A stretch of 64,000 bases of DNA from Rhynchopus sp. YZ270_cl-10 (Eukaryota): positions 682,001-746,000 of the forward strand of contig OZ037839.1 in assembly GCA_964035575.1 (NCBI GenBank), written 5' to 3'. The translations under genes and the position numbers were made by a program. A model generated the notes under the pieces. That model worked only from the letters and a program-made list of their open reading frames with translations, was not told the origin of the DNA and did not search any database. Of the stretch, positions 54,701-64,000 are shown in pieces. How positions within the stretch are numbered: position 1 is the stretch's first letter; the number at the start of each line of letters is the position of its first letter.

Positions 54701-55498
54701 TCATTTTCTGGATTGGTTATTATCTTCCACCTGATTTTTACCCCGTATAGGCGCGTAAAGGCCCGTACAGGCCAAACCCCACCCCCTATTAGTTACCAAA
54801 CACACACAGACACACACCTTCATCTTTGCGGACATATCAGAGGATTCCTTATCAAACACCGAGGTGAGCTTGTCGTGCTTCGTCTTGAGCTTCAGGAAGC
54901 GCTCCCGCACCTCGTCAAGGTCGATGATGTCGAAGAGCTGCGGTGGGGCCTCCTGGTCCTCCTCCTCCTCCTCGTCCTCCATCTCCTGCCCGCCCTCACA
55001 TCGAATCCCCACATCCGCGCCTCCCTTCGCCACGGCCTTCCCCTTCCCCTTTGTCCCCTTTGTCCCTTTAGATTCTTCGTCATCCGAATCGTCGACGTTA
55101 AATGTAAAAGACAGCACCGTGTCCTCTTCCTCGACAGCGGGTTTGGCTTCGGCGGGCTTGGCAGGGTGTTCTGCGGTTTTATCAATACGACGCTTCTTCC
55201 GTTGTTGTGCAGGGGCTGGTGTGGGGATAGGGTCTGCAGCAGGCGGTGGGGGTTTGCTCTGTTTGGATTTTTTCTTCGGTGAAGGCAACGAAGCAGGCGC
55301 AGGGGAAACTGGCGGAACCGTGGCCGGGGTCGGTGGGTTGATCCCTTCGCAGCTAGTGGCGTGGGAGGCGGCGGTCTTTTTGGTAAAGTCCTTTCCACAG
55401 CCAAGACATTTCCGGCCCCCAGGGCATTTACACAGCCAAATTCGCCGTGCAGTGTCGATCTCACCGCATTTAACACATTTCATTCGTGCGACAAGCAT
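54701..55498 (-). CDS. Zinc-finger protein (LYAR-like C2HC N-terminus, Lys/acidic low-complexity body); 3' exons unresolved
   Basis: CVKCG...KCLGCGKDF...HATSC; NLS-like RKKRR; probable donor AAG|GTGTGT at 54817. Confidence 0.55.
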   Translation of the reverse strand: MLVARMKCVKCGEIDTARRIWLCKCPGGRKCLGCGKDFTKKTAASHATSCEGINPPTPATVPPVSPAPASLPSPKKKSKQSKPPPPAADPIPTPAPAQQRKKRRIDKTAEHPAKPAEAKPAVEEEDTVLSFTFNVDDSDDEESKGTKGTKGKGKAVAKGGADVGIRCEGGQEMEDEEEEEDQEAPPQLFDIIDLDEVRERFLKLKTKHDKLTSVFDKESSDMSAKMKVCVCVCLVTNRGWGLACTGLYAPIRGKNQVEDNNQSRK

Positions 55499-55912
55499 TT
55501 TCTTCTTTTTTCCCTGTTTGGTAAAATTGGTAAAATGGTGTCATAGATGGGTGGGGAGTGCAAATATATAGACCGGTAGTTGAAGGGGGGGAGAGGGAGT
55601 AAAAATTTCTTCCAAATCCTGTGTGTAAAATTACTGAATACAGTTTTTAAGCAAACCAAAAAGCAGAGAAAAAAAAGAGAAAAAAAATTGACTTGAAATA
55701 CAAAAAAAGCCCTCTCGTGAACAGTGCACCTTGGTACAAATGACCGATACACCATGGGTGGACCCCCCCAACCATGCAGCCCTACATTCATTCATTTTCG
55801 TATAAATCTGAAAAAAAAAACACCAATGAATATCGAACCGGTTTCTGCAGAACGCAGGCACACCAAAGAAAACAAGCAATTATTAAAAGAGCAAAATAAC
55901 AAAAAAGCCAAA

Positions 55913-58900
55913 TCAATCATCCCCTCCATCATCTCTCTCCTTCGGCCTAGCCCCAGGATACGTCTCCGCATTGGGGTTGCGATACACATTCGAATCCGCC
56001 TTTCGCCTCCGTGCGATGCTCTCCCGCCTTCGCAACGACGCTTCTAGACGCACTCTGTAGCACGCTGTACCTCGGGATACCGACCCTTTGTGCTGCGCTG
56101 CCCAGGTACGAGTGTGCGGACGCTTGATATCCTTTGAGAAGGCCTCCCTTTTGGCCTCCTTCTCCCCTTCCTTCGATTTTTTCCGCTCTTTTGAATCTTT
56201 TCTCGGTTGAGGCATTGCGGGGGATGTAGGAAATGTGTATGCTCGGGGCGACCCACCACCACCACCACCCCTCCGCACAGAAGGGTGCACTCCCGTCGTG
56301 CCCGCCTCCGGTACCGTATCAGCGTCAGCATCAGCATCGGGAAGGTCGACCACATTCCATTGGAAAATGCAAAGGTCGTTCCCCCCGCAGCTGAACAGCC
56401 GCGTCCCGTCGCTACTCCACGACACCCCGGTGACGTGAGAGGAATGTCCATAAAACTGTCGTTTCTGCGGACGATACTTCAGCTTCCCCCTGGTATCATA
56501 GCCGGACCCTATACAAGGGTAGTTATAGAGTTCTATGGCATAGTTGTCGTTCCCTACTGCCAGCATCGTCATGTCAGGTGACCGTGCGCATGCATTGACA
56601 TCCGTTCCGTCCATAAATTTTGAGAATATACCTTGCACCCCCCACCCTAAGGGGCAAGAGTGTGTTGCCCACTCTACGTCCGCCAGCGACCTGCTGTGTG
56701 TTACCTGAGAGATCCGCCAGCCTACCTTGCAGGTTAGATCGTAGAAGAGCAGCTCGTAGCTTTTGTTGACACATTGGAGCAGGGTCGAGTCGGCGCTCCA
56801 ATCTGCATGGCGTATAGGTGAGGACGCACCTGCGCAGGTTCCGTGGTATGTTACTTCTGTACCAGAGAATTTGTAGATATCCAAAAAATTGAAGGATCCG
56901 ACCGCTAAAAAACGTTCATCTGGCGAGAATTTGACGACCTCAACACGGGCAGTACGGAAACGCGATGTGAGCAATGACGCGGACGCTACTGGGTACACCC
57001 TCCGCAACGACCCAGTTAAATACACCGCAAAACAACCATTTTTAAACCCCACGGCCAGATACGCCCCCGACGCCGAATAAGAGCACTTCCAGGCAGGCAC
57101 TGCGAGCTCCTTCCGCTTCAACAACAACTTCAAATCAGCATCCCACACACGCAATGTCTTATCCTCTGTACACGACGCGAACTGTGGTTTGCTTGGATGC
57201 CGTTCCATCCCCCACAACTCGCCATACCCCTCCGGGGCAGGCCGAACCTCACGTAAATGTGCCCGCAAATCTCCGTGATGCCCTGTAATTTCTTGCCGAA
57301 TGAAACCGACTTTATCATCAAAAAACACTTCAAACACTCCACTAATCCCCCCTACCATAGCAATGCCAGAGCTTCTGCTGAGGCTTACACAGCGAATAGA
57401 ATTCGAAGGGGACGATGCAGCGATGGTACTGAGATCCATAGAATTCATATTTACTGTCCACACCGGCGCCTTTGGTTTTGGATACGGAAGCACACAGGGT
57501 GAGGAGGAGAGCAACGGTTTCCACTCTGTCGGCGATATGTCTGGATAGAGGTCGAAGTACATGAGATCACCGTGTTGCCCTCCGGTGATAAGATAGCGTG
57601 CGGCGTGAATATCGAGGCAGATGCAGCCTGTATAGCGGTTTGGCGCGACGGAGCGTTTTTTTGTAGAAATATTTGTTGATTGCGCCTTTTGTGTCGTACT
57701 ACGGTGGTGGTTTAGTAATGCAATGCGTGCTGCAGCGGCAGGACGGAGGACACTATCCCAATCGTATTTAATCAACTGAAAGGCATCAGAACTGAGCAGG
57801 CCTCCATCCTTCGCGGTAACTTCGTTGATATGCTTTTTTGTAAACCGCTCCAGCCGGCGATACACCGGGTCCACCTTTTTTTCTATCTTGGAAACTCTTC
57901 TCGGGGAGGCAGGGATGCGCTCCGTTATCAAATCGATCCATACATCTTCGGTCATCGCCTTCAGCTCTGTGACACTGTCCAGCGCGCCACCAAAACACTG
58001 CATGTAGGAGTCTAGCGTGCCCACCTCCACCTTGCCTTGCAGAATCTGGTGTAACCTTTGTGCCTCGGAAAACTGTTCGGAAGCATTCTGTACAAAACCG
58101 TTTGGGTCCTCGTCCAGTGTCTTTCCCTCGGTGAGTAGCGCCAAAAAATCGTGCATTTCAGTAACCAGCCCGGTCTCGAGTAGTGCCTTCTGTGCTGTCA
58201 TGCAGTCATTTATATAGTCAATCATTGCCCTTCGTTCTTTTAGGATAGGTTTAGTAAGAGCTGGTTGTGCGCTAAAGACGTGGTCGAGGACTATGTTTTT
58301 GAGAAGAAATTCTGTTGTTTTTACCCCTTTTTTGCTTTCCGGACGCATGACTTTAAAAAGGTAAACACACCCAGACGACCCCGCTGCTACGATGTGCTGC
58401 AAAGAGAACGTCACCATTGAAAAAGAGATGTTCGCGAGCGCCGACAACCGGGTGTCCATTTTGTGTCCAGGAACACTGTGTGGAAGGAGCTTTGCTTTAT
58501 GACGGTGGAGCTGTTTTGCTACGATCGACCAGACATAGATATGTTTGTGACCTACTGTCACAAAGTGATGGTTCGGGTTGAGAACAGAAAACCCACATTC
58601 CTCATTGTTTAACGCATTATCACTGAAGCTGCGGGTCAACCAGGCAAGGTTGTAAATACTATTTCTGCCTGGGGTGGCTAAGGTACAGAGCACGGTAGCG
58701 TGCTTCCAGTCATAGATTGCTACGGTGTGGTTCTCATCATCGCCGATAGCTGCAAGGTGTATTCCGTTCGGGGAAAATGCGCAGCTGGTCACAGCATATT
58801 CTAGAACGCCGGTTAATGAGGTTAAATGCGTGCATTGGCGTTCTTGGAATGAAATCTTCCATACACAGAGAATGCCAAATTTGCTTCCAATTCCTCCTGT

Positions 58901-59440
58901 CGCTGCGACACAGCGGTCGCGGTCTACCGCCATTGATACAATGTCTTCTTTGTGCATTTTGTAATAGAACTGCATATTCGTTGCCACCTCGTGAACAATC
59001 CCCACTGATGCCGAAAAATACACAAAATACCTTCCCCCATCTGCCTCAACCAATGCACCGTTATTCCGCACATTTGTCCGATACCCATATACATGCTCCA
59101 GGCATATCTCTTTATTAGGCATCGCATTGGCATTTTTTATCCCCATTTCTGTGACCCCATTCGGAACCGACCCTTGAATGCTGCCAAGCCACGGCTTCAC
59201 ACAGGTGAACTGTTTGCCTTGGTCAACCCCATCTCCTGTTATATACGCATCCTCTGGGAGTCTCTGTGAGGTGGGGTCGCCTTCTTCTTCCTCTAAGTGA
59301 GAAAGAGGGGAGGAGGAGGGGGAGGAGGGGGAGGCTGGAGAAGATGAGGGGTGTCTGGGATATGTAGAGGTGGTGTGTGGTCCGTGTTGGGGGCTGGTGC
59401 TGCTCTCGGGAGGCCCCCAGCAGAGTGGTTCTCGGAGCAT
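55913..59440 (-). CDS. Echinoderm microtubule-associated protein-like (HELP + WD40)
   Basis: KPWLG, LEHVYGYR (HELP), GELWGM..HP, WATHSCPLGWGVQGI, DGTDVNAC, GHSSHVT; ATG at 59440. Confidence 0.9.
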   Translation of the reverse strand: MLREPLCWGPPESSTSPQHGPHTTSTYPRHPSSSPASPSSPSSSPLSHLEEEEGDPTSQRLPEDAYITGDGVDQGKQFTCVKPWLGSIQGSVPNGVTEMGIKNANAMPNKEICLEHVYGYRTNVRNNGALVEADGGRYFVYFSASVGIVHEVATNMQFYYKMHKEDIVSMAVDRDRCVAATGGIGSKFGILCVWKISFQERQCTHLTSLTGVLEYAVTSCAFSPNGIHLAAIGDDENHTVAIYDWKHATVLCTLATPGRNSIYNLAWLTRSFSDNALNNEECGFSVLNPNHHFVTVGHKHIYVWSIVAKQLHRHKAKLLPHSVPGHKMDTRLSALANISFSMVTFSLQHIVAAGSSGCVYLFKVMRPESKKGVKTTEFLLKNIVLDHVFSAQPALTKPILKERRAMIDYINDCMTAQKALLETGLVTEMHDFLALLTEGKTLDEDPNGFVQNASEQFSEAQRLHQILQGKVEVGTLDSYMQCFGGALDSVTELKAMTEDVWIDLITERIPASPRRVSKIEKKVDPVYRRLERFTKKHINEVTAKDGGLLSSDAFQLIKYDWDSVLRPAAAARIALLNHHRSTTQKAQSTNISTKKRSVAPNRYTGCICLDIHAARYLITGGQHGDLMYFDLYPDISPTEWKPLLSSSPCVLPYPKPKAPVWTVNMNSMDLSTIAASSPSNSIRCVSLSRSSGIAMVGGISGVFEVFFDDKVGFIRQEITGHHGDLRAHLREVRPAPEGYGELWGMERHPSKPQFASCTEDKTLRVWDADLKLLLKRKELAVPAWKCSYSASGAYLAVGFKNGCFAVYLTGSLRRVYPVASASLLTSRFRTARVEVVKFSPDERFLAVGSFNFLDIYKFSGTEVTYHGTCAGASSPIRHADWSADSTLLQCVNKSYELLFYDLTCKVGWRISQVTHSRSLADVEWATHSCPLGWGVQGIFSKFMDGTDVNACARSPDMTMLAVGNDNYAIELYNYPCIGSGYDTRGKLKYRPQKRQFYGHSSHVTGVSWSSDGTRLFSCGGNDLCIFQWNVVDLPDADADADTVPEAGTTGVHPSVRRGGGGGGSPRAYTFPTSPAMPQPRKDSKERKKSKEGEKEAKREAFSKDIKRPHTRTWAAQHKGSVSRGTACYRVRLEASLRRRESIARRRKADSNVYRNPNAETYPGARPKERDDGGDD

Positions 59441-59640
59441 GGTTTGTTGGGTATGGGGAGGGGGAGGGAGGAGGGAGGGGGTATTTGTGTAGTGTTTGGG
59501 TTGATCCCTGAAGGAGTGTGGATAATGAGGGGGGTAATTGAGTGATGAAAGGATCATTGGAAACACAGGGTCATGTAGGGTCCGACCCCCAAAAGAGTTG
59601 TTGAAACCTTTAAAAAAAAACGCAAAATAGAAATATGGCA

Positions 59641-60918
59641 CGGTCCATAAACCACCCCCCCCCCCAAAAGGTAACCTGGGGTCCTTATTTTTATTTCATC
59701 TGGGTTCTACTGGGACTTTCTCCCCGATTTTTTTTTTAATGAACTCAGAGTTAAGTTTCTGGGTTCAATAAAAAAAACGACGAGCAAAAAGTCCAATTGG
59801 AAATATGATGGATACCCCCCGAGAGCAAAATAAACCAACGGTAAAAATTGGTACCCTTGGTTTCCTATAGGTTCCTATAGGAAACCTACATTTTCCCATA
59901 ATTTCCCACACAACTTACTTGACAACAGGATGAAAACAAATACAAAAATGGCAAAAGTGAGTAAAACCGTGCAAGGGGCACTGGACTTTGCTAGGGCTCT
60001 GGGGGAAACGCAGTTCTCAGGGGAGAGACTCGCAAGGAGGTTCTTGCCTACGCGAAGGCACGCAGTTGTTACCGTAGGGGTTTCCGGGAAGACGTGTGGT
60101 TCAAAGCTTTATGGAAAGCGAGAGGAATATCCCTCATCCTTCACAGGAAGAACACCACCCGTGAGGGACGCGCGGTCCAACTGTATTTCTGCAGTAACCT
60201 GGATGAGTGTGTGGGTGTGCCATCAGAAGGTACGTTTTGTACAAGCCTTCCGCGTGTTTGGAGGCACGGACAACGACGCCGGTGCCATTCTCCTTGCTGT
60301 AAGGGGTAAATACGCGTTGTTCACCCCTCCGTACCTTCTGATGGCACCCACACACTCATCCAGGTTACTGCAGAAATACAGTTGGACCGCGCGTCCCTCA
60401 CGGGTGGTGTTCTTCCTGTGAAGGATGAGGGATATTCCTCTCGCTTTCCATAAAGCTTTGAACCACACGTCTTCCCGGAAACCCCTACGGTAACAACTGC
60501 GTGCCTTCGCGTAGGCAAGAACCTCCTTGCGAGTCTCTCCCCTGAGAACTGCGTTTCCCCCAGAGCCCTAGCAAAGTCCAGTGCCCCTTGCACGGTTTTA
60601 CTCACTTTTGCCATTTTTGTATTTGTTTTCATCCTGTTGTCAAGTAAGTTGTGTGGGAAATTATGGGAAAATGTAGGTTTCCTATAGGAACCTATAGGAA
60701 ACCAAGGGTACCAATTTTTACCGTTGGTTTATTTTGCTCTCGGGGGGTATCCATCATATTTCCAATTGGACTTTTTGCTCGTCGTTTTTTTTATTGAACC
60801 CAGAAACTTAACTCTGAGTTCATTAAAAAAAAAATCGGGGAGAAAGTCCCAGTAGAACCCAGATGAAATAAAAATAAGGACCCCAGGTTACCTTTTGGGG
60901 GGGGTGGTTTATGGACTG
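59641..60918. mobile_element. Foldback/palindromic element: ~590-bp inverted arms with a ~95-bp spacer
   Basis: 59643-60234 is the reverse complement of 60330-60916; mirrored ORFs at 59930(+) and 60632(-); no TSD found. Confidence 0.8.
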
Positions 60919-61596
60919 ACCCATATAGAAAACAAATTACACCACCCACACTTTTTTTTTTGTGTTCTGCCTGTTCGCTGCTACCCCCTTTTTAAATTAG
61001 GGTAGCACGCCACCCAAGCCAGAAGCCCGCCTCCCCATTCCTGGATTAGGTCATTCCTTTTTGTTAAAGCACGCACCGTTCATTAGACTCCACTTTTTTT
61101 TTTGCTTTTTTTTTTTTGATAAATTGTTGGAGTAGTGTAGTTGCCTCGGTTGTGTTGCCACAGTTGTGCAATCTCCACTGTCCTTTTTTGTGTTGTTGTT
61201 ATTGTTGTTGACACAATACCCACCCAAAAAAAGGGCAGGTTCTGTACTTAAAATGTCACTCTTTTTTAAAAGGCTCGGATAACTACTTACAGACGTCTTT
61301 CGACAGACCTTTTTTTCTCTTTTTTTTTCTTTTTCCTCCTTGGGGAGTACATTCCTCGCTTCGTAGCCTCCACGAGAAAAGCCAGATAGCCGATACTATC
61401 TGTCCCCATTTTTGTGTTGTTGCTGTTGTTGTTGTTGTTATTTTGAAACTTGGTTGTATTATGCACATTACACATTAGAAAAAGACTAAAATCTTATTTT
61501 CAATCGAAAGATGGAGTTTATCCACCAGCGTTGTCTCCTCTTTTTGTAAATACGAAAAGAATCTTTTGTTTTTTTGTTTATTTTGCAAATAATTTA

Positions 61597-62085
61597 CTGG
61601 GGGGGGGCCGAATAGTGGACCCCCCCTGAATAGTAGACCCCCCTTGAATAGTAGACCCCCCCTGGGAATTCTGGGTTTTTTTAAATTTTTTTTCCTTTGA
61701 ATAGTGGACCCCCCCTGAGAAATTCTGGGGGAAAATTTTTTTTTCCGCTGAATAGTGGACCCCCCCCAGGTTTTCGTTTTTTTTGACTTTTTGCGGAAGT
61801 CGCGGAAAAATTTTAGAGGGGATCAACTACAAATTTCAAATTTGGTGTGTTCCGGGGTATCGGAAAATACAAATTTTCACCAATCTTCACCAATCTTCAC
61901 AAGTTTTCACAAGTTTTCACAAATTTTCACAACATAATTTTTGGCCATTTTTTTGTGAAGAATTGTGAAGAATTGTGAAGAGTTGTGAAGAGTTGTGAAT
62001 TGAAATGAAAATTTGGATGAAAAAAACACAGATGTTGTGAAGATTTGTGAAGAGTTGTGAACAGTTGTGAAGAGTTGTGAATTGG
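61597..62085. repeat. Subterminal-type short repeats (GAATAGTRGACCCCCC; TTCACAAGTT / TTGTGAAGAG inverted arrays)
   Basis: Read directly from the sequence; probably a decayed TIR element. Confidence 0.6.
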
Positions 62086-62652
62086 AGGGAAAAAAAGGGG
62101 GGTGTTTTTTTCCAGGGTTTTTTGCAGGACTGGTCAGGTAAAGTGTGCTGTGCAGAGGGCTAGCTAGCCTGGGTCAAGCTGGCCGTACCACCCCACCCCC
62201 TGTGCGGAGGAGGACGACGGAAGTCCGCGGCGTGTTCGTTTGTTGCCTTTTTTTTTTTCAACATGTTCGCAACTCTCAAGAAAGTAGCGTACCGTGCGCC
62301 TGCGACGCAGCTAAAAATTACGAGCGGTAGCCCACAGCTCTACCCGAAATGTTGCGTACTGTGGCTTCGCTAGAAAAGTTTTGTACCAGTGGCACTACCA
62401 CTTTTTCCCCTGTTTTTTGTACCGTTTTACTCAAAACACAGCTGGGCACAACTAGCACCATACTCACCTAAACTATGCCTATATTAGGCACAATTTCAGC
62501 ACACTTTCAGCACAAGTACACACACGTACACGTTGGGGCCATATTCTGAGCAAGAATTACCCCCACTAGTTATCAAACACACGTACACACAATCAACCAC
62601 AATTACACCTAAGTTGCTCTGGGGAAAAAAATGGTACACCACCCGACAGGAC

Positions 62653-63107
62653 TACTGTACTGTACTGTACTGTACTGTACTGTACTGTACTGTACTGTAC
62701 TGTACTGTACTGTACTGTACTGTACTGTACTGTACTGTACTGTACTGTACTGTACTGTACTGTACTGTACTGTACTGTACTGTACTGTACTGTACTGTAC
62801 TGTACTGTACTGTACTGTACTGTACTGTACTGTACTGTACTGTACTGTACTGTACTGTACTGTACTGTACTGTACTGTACTGTACTGTACTGTACTGTAC
62901 TGTACTGTACTGTACTGTACTGTACTGTACTGTACTGTACTGTACTGTACTGTACTGTACTGTACTGTACTGTACTGTACTGTACTGTACTGTACTGTAC
63001 TGTACTGTACTGTACTGTACTGTACTGTACTGTACTGTACTGTACTGTACTGTACTGTACTGTACTGTACTGTACTGTACTGTACTGTACTGTACTGTAC
63101 TGTACTG
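62653..63107. repeat. (TACTG)n microsatellite, about 91 perfect units
   Basis: Read directly from the sequence; it explains the YCTVL/STVQY ORFs. Confidence 0.97.
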
Positions 63108-63734
63108 CCGAATGCTCTAATTAGAGTCTGATTAGAGCGCAATGCATATTTAACCGGTGTTTAAAAACAAGGAGCCAGACAGTTCACCTTCGGGCATAAG
63201 GCGTGCCCCGGCATATCGTTTTGATCCCGTTAACTACGGTGCCACAGTTGGCCCAGCTGGTCACTTTATTCCCAGGAAGTAAAAAAACCGTGAATGAGGG
63301 AGCGATAAATAAGGGTAACTGAAGGGGGAAATTGAATTTTGATGAGCCCAAAAACATGGTTTTCTGGTCCCGTTGTCAAAATCTCTGCCCACACCCACTC
63401 CCCGAGAGAACCAACAATTCTCTAGCTGACTTCTTTGATAATCCCCACCAAAAAGGCGGATAAGACGAAAGGAGACGAAGTAACCGCCAAGGACTCACCA
63501 GTGCGTCGATCCATCATGTGTGAGAGATGCAAAACAACCACCGCCATAATGGAATTAACCTGTAGGTTAACCTCACACAGGACAGTCTCGTCGCCCACAA
63601 AGGTCAATAATACACTCCGGATTTTGGGGACAATTTTTGACCGAAAATGGGCCGCCTATTAGTGACCGGGCTCATATTTTCCGAAATTTAAGAGGTCATA
63701 AAATTGTCCAATTTTCAACGTCGGCCCCACCACT

Positions 63735-64000
63735 CATACTTGGACCGCCCGAAATATATTTCGGGCATTTCGGGTGATTTCGGGCGGATTAGGGGCGGAT
63801 TTCGGGCGATTTTGTGCGCCCGAATTTGCCCGAAAACGCCCGAAATGCAGATTTCGGGCGGATTCGGGCCCTTTTTCCTTAGTGAAAACCGACTAGGTAG
63901 GGTTCTATTCATTTTTGCAAAAAACTTTTTATATTTGGACATATTTGATGTCAAATCTGTCAAAATAAGCAAGAATCGAAAACTTTTGTACACCTGAGTG
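63735..64000. mobile_element. Second copy (left part) of the 52155 TIR element
   Basis: Nearly identical to 52155-52430; runs off the window end. Confidence 0.85.

Noticed and set aside
62533..63142. YCTVL/STVQY repeat ORFs
   Set aside because: Stop-free (TACTG)n microsatellite.

Overview
Eukaryotic (protist-like) genomic DNA with GT-AG introns. All recognisable host genes lie on the minus strand, which suggests a euglenozoan-style gene cluster (inference). Ordinary genes: a signal-peptide LRR protein (partial), a TYW4(LCM-kelch)-TYW5(JmjC) fusion, an IQ-motif protein, an EF-hand protein with a spliced CaaX tail, SmB, a LYAR-like zinc-finger protein and an EML WD40 protein. The intergenic DNA is dense in TIR/foldback transposons, including an intron-containing, internally deleted hAT transposase. 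The standout feature is a locally expanded family of large chimeric genes built from (i) a 3-ankyrin-repeat block that varies mainly at ligand-facing positions, (ii) a near-invariant ankyrin/helical core, (iii) an unrecognised 76-aa (228-bp) tandem repeat and (iv) unrelated cellular domains captured in frame. The captured domains are a MAPK, a CAMK-like kinase, an ICL/PEP-mutase enzyme, TYW4/5, and CysRS-like and M1-aminopeptidase-like fragments. Several have lost catalytic residues while the frame stays open, which resembles an integrated-decoy/variable-receptor system. All homology calls come from motif recognition by eye; no database search was run.
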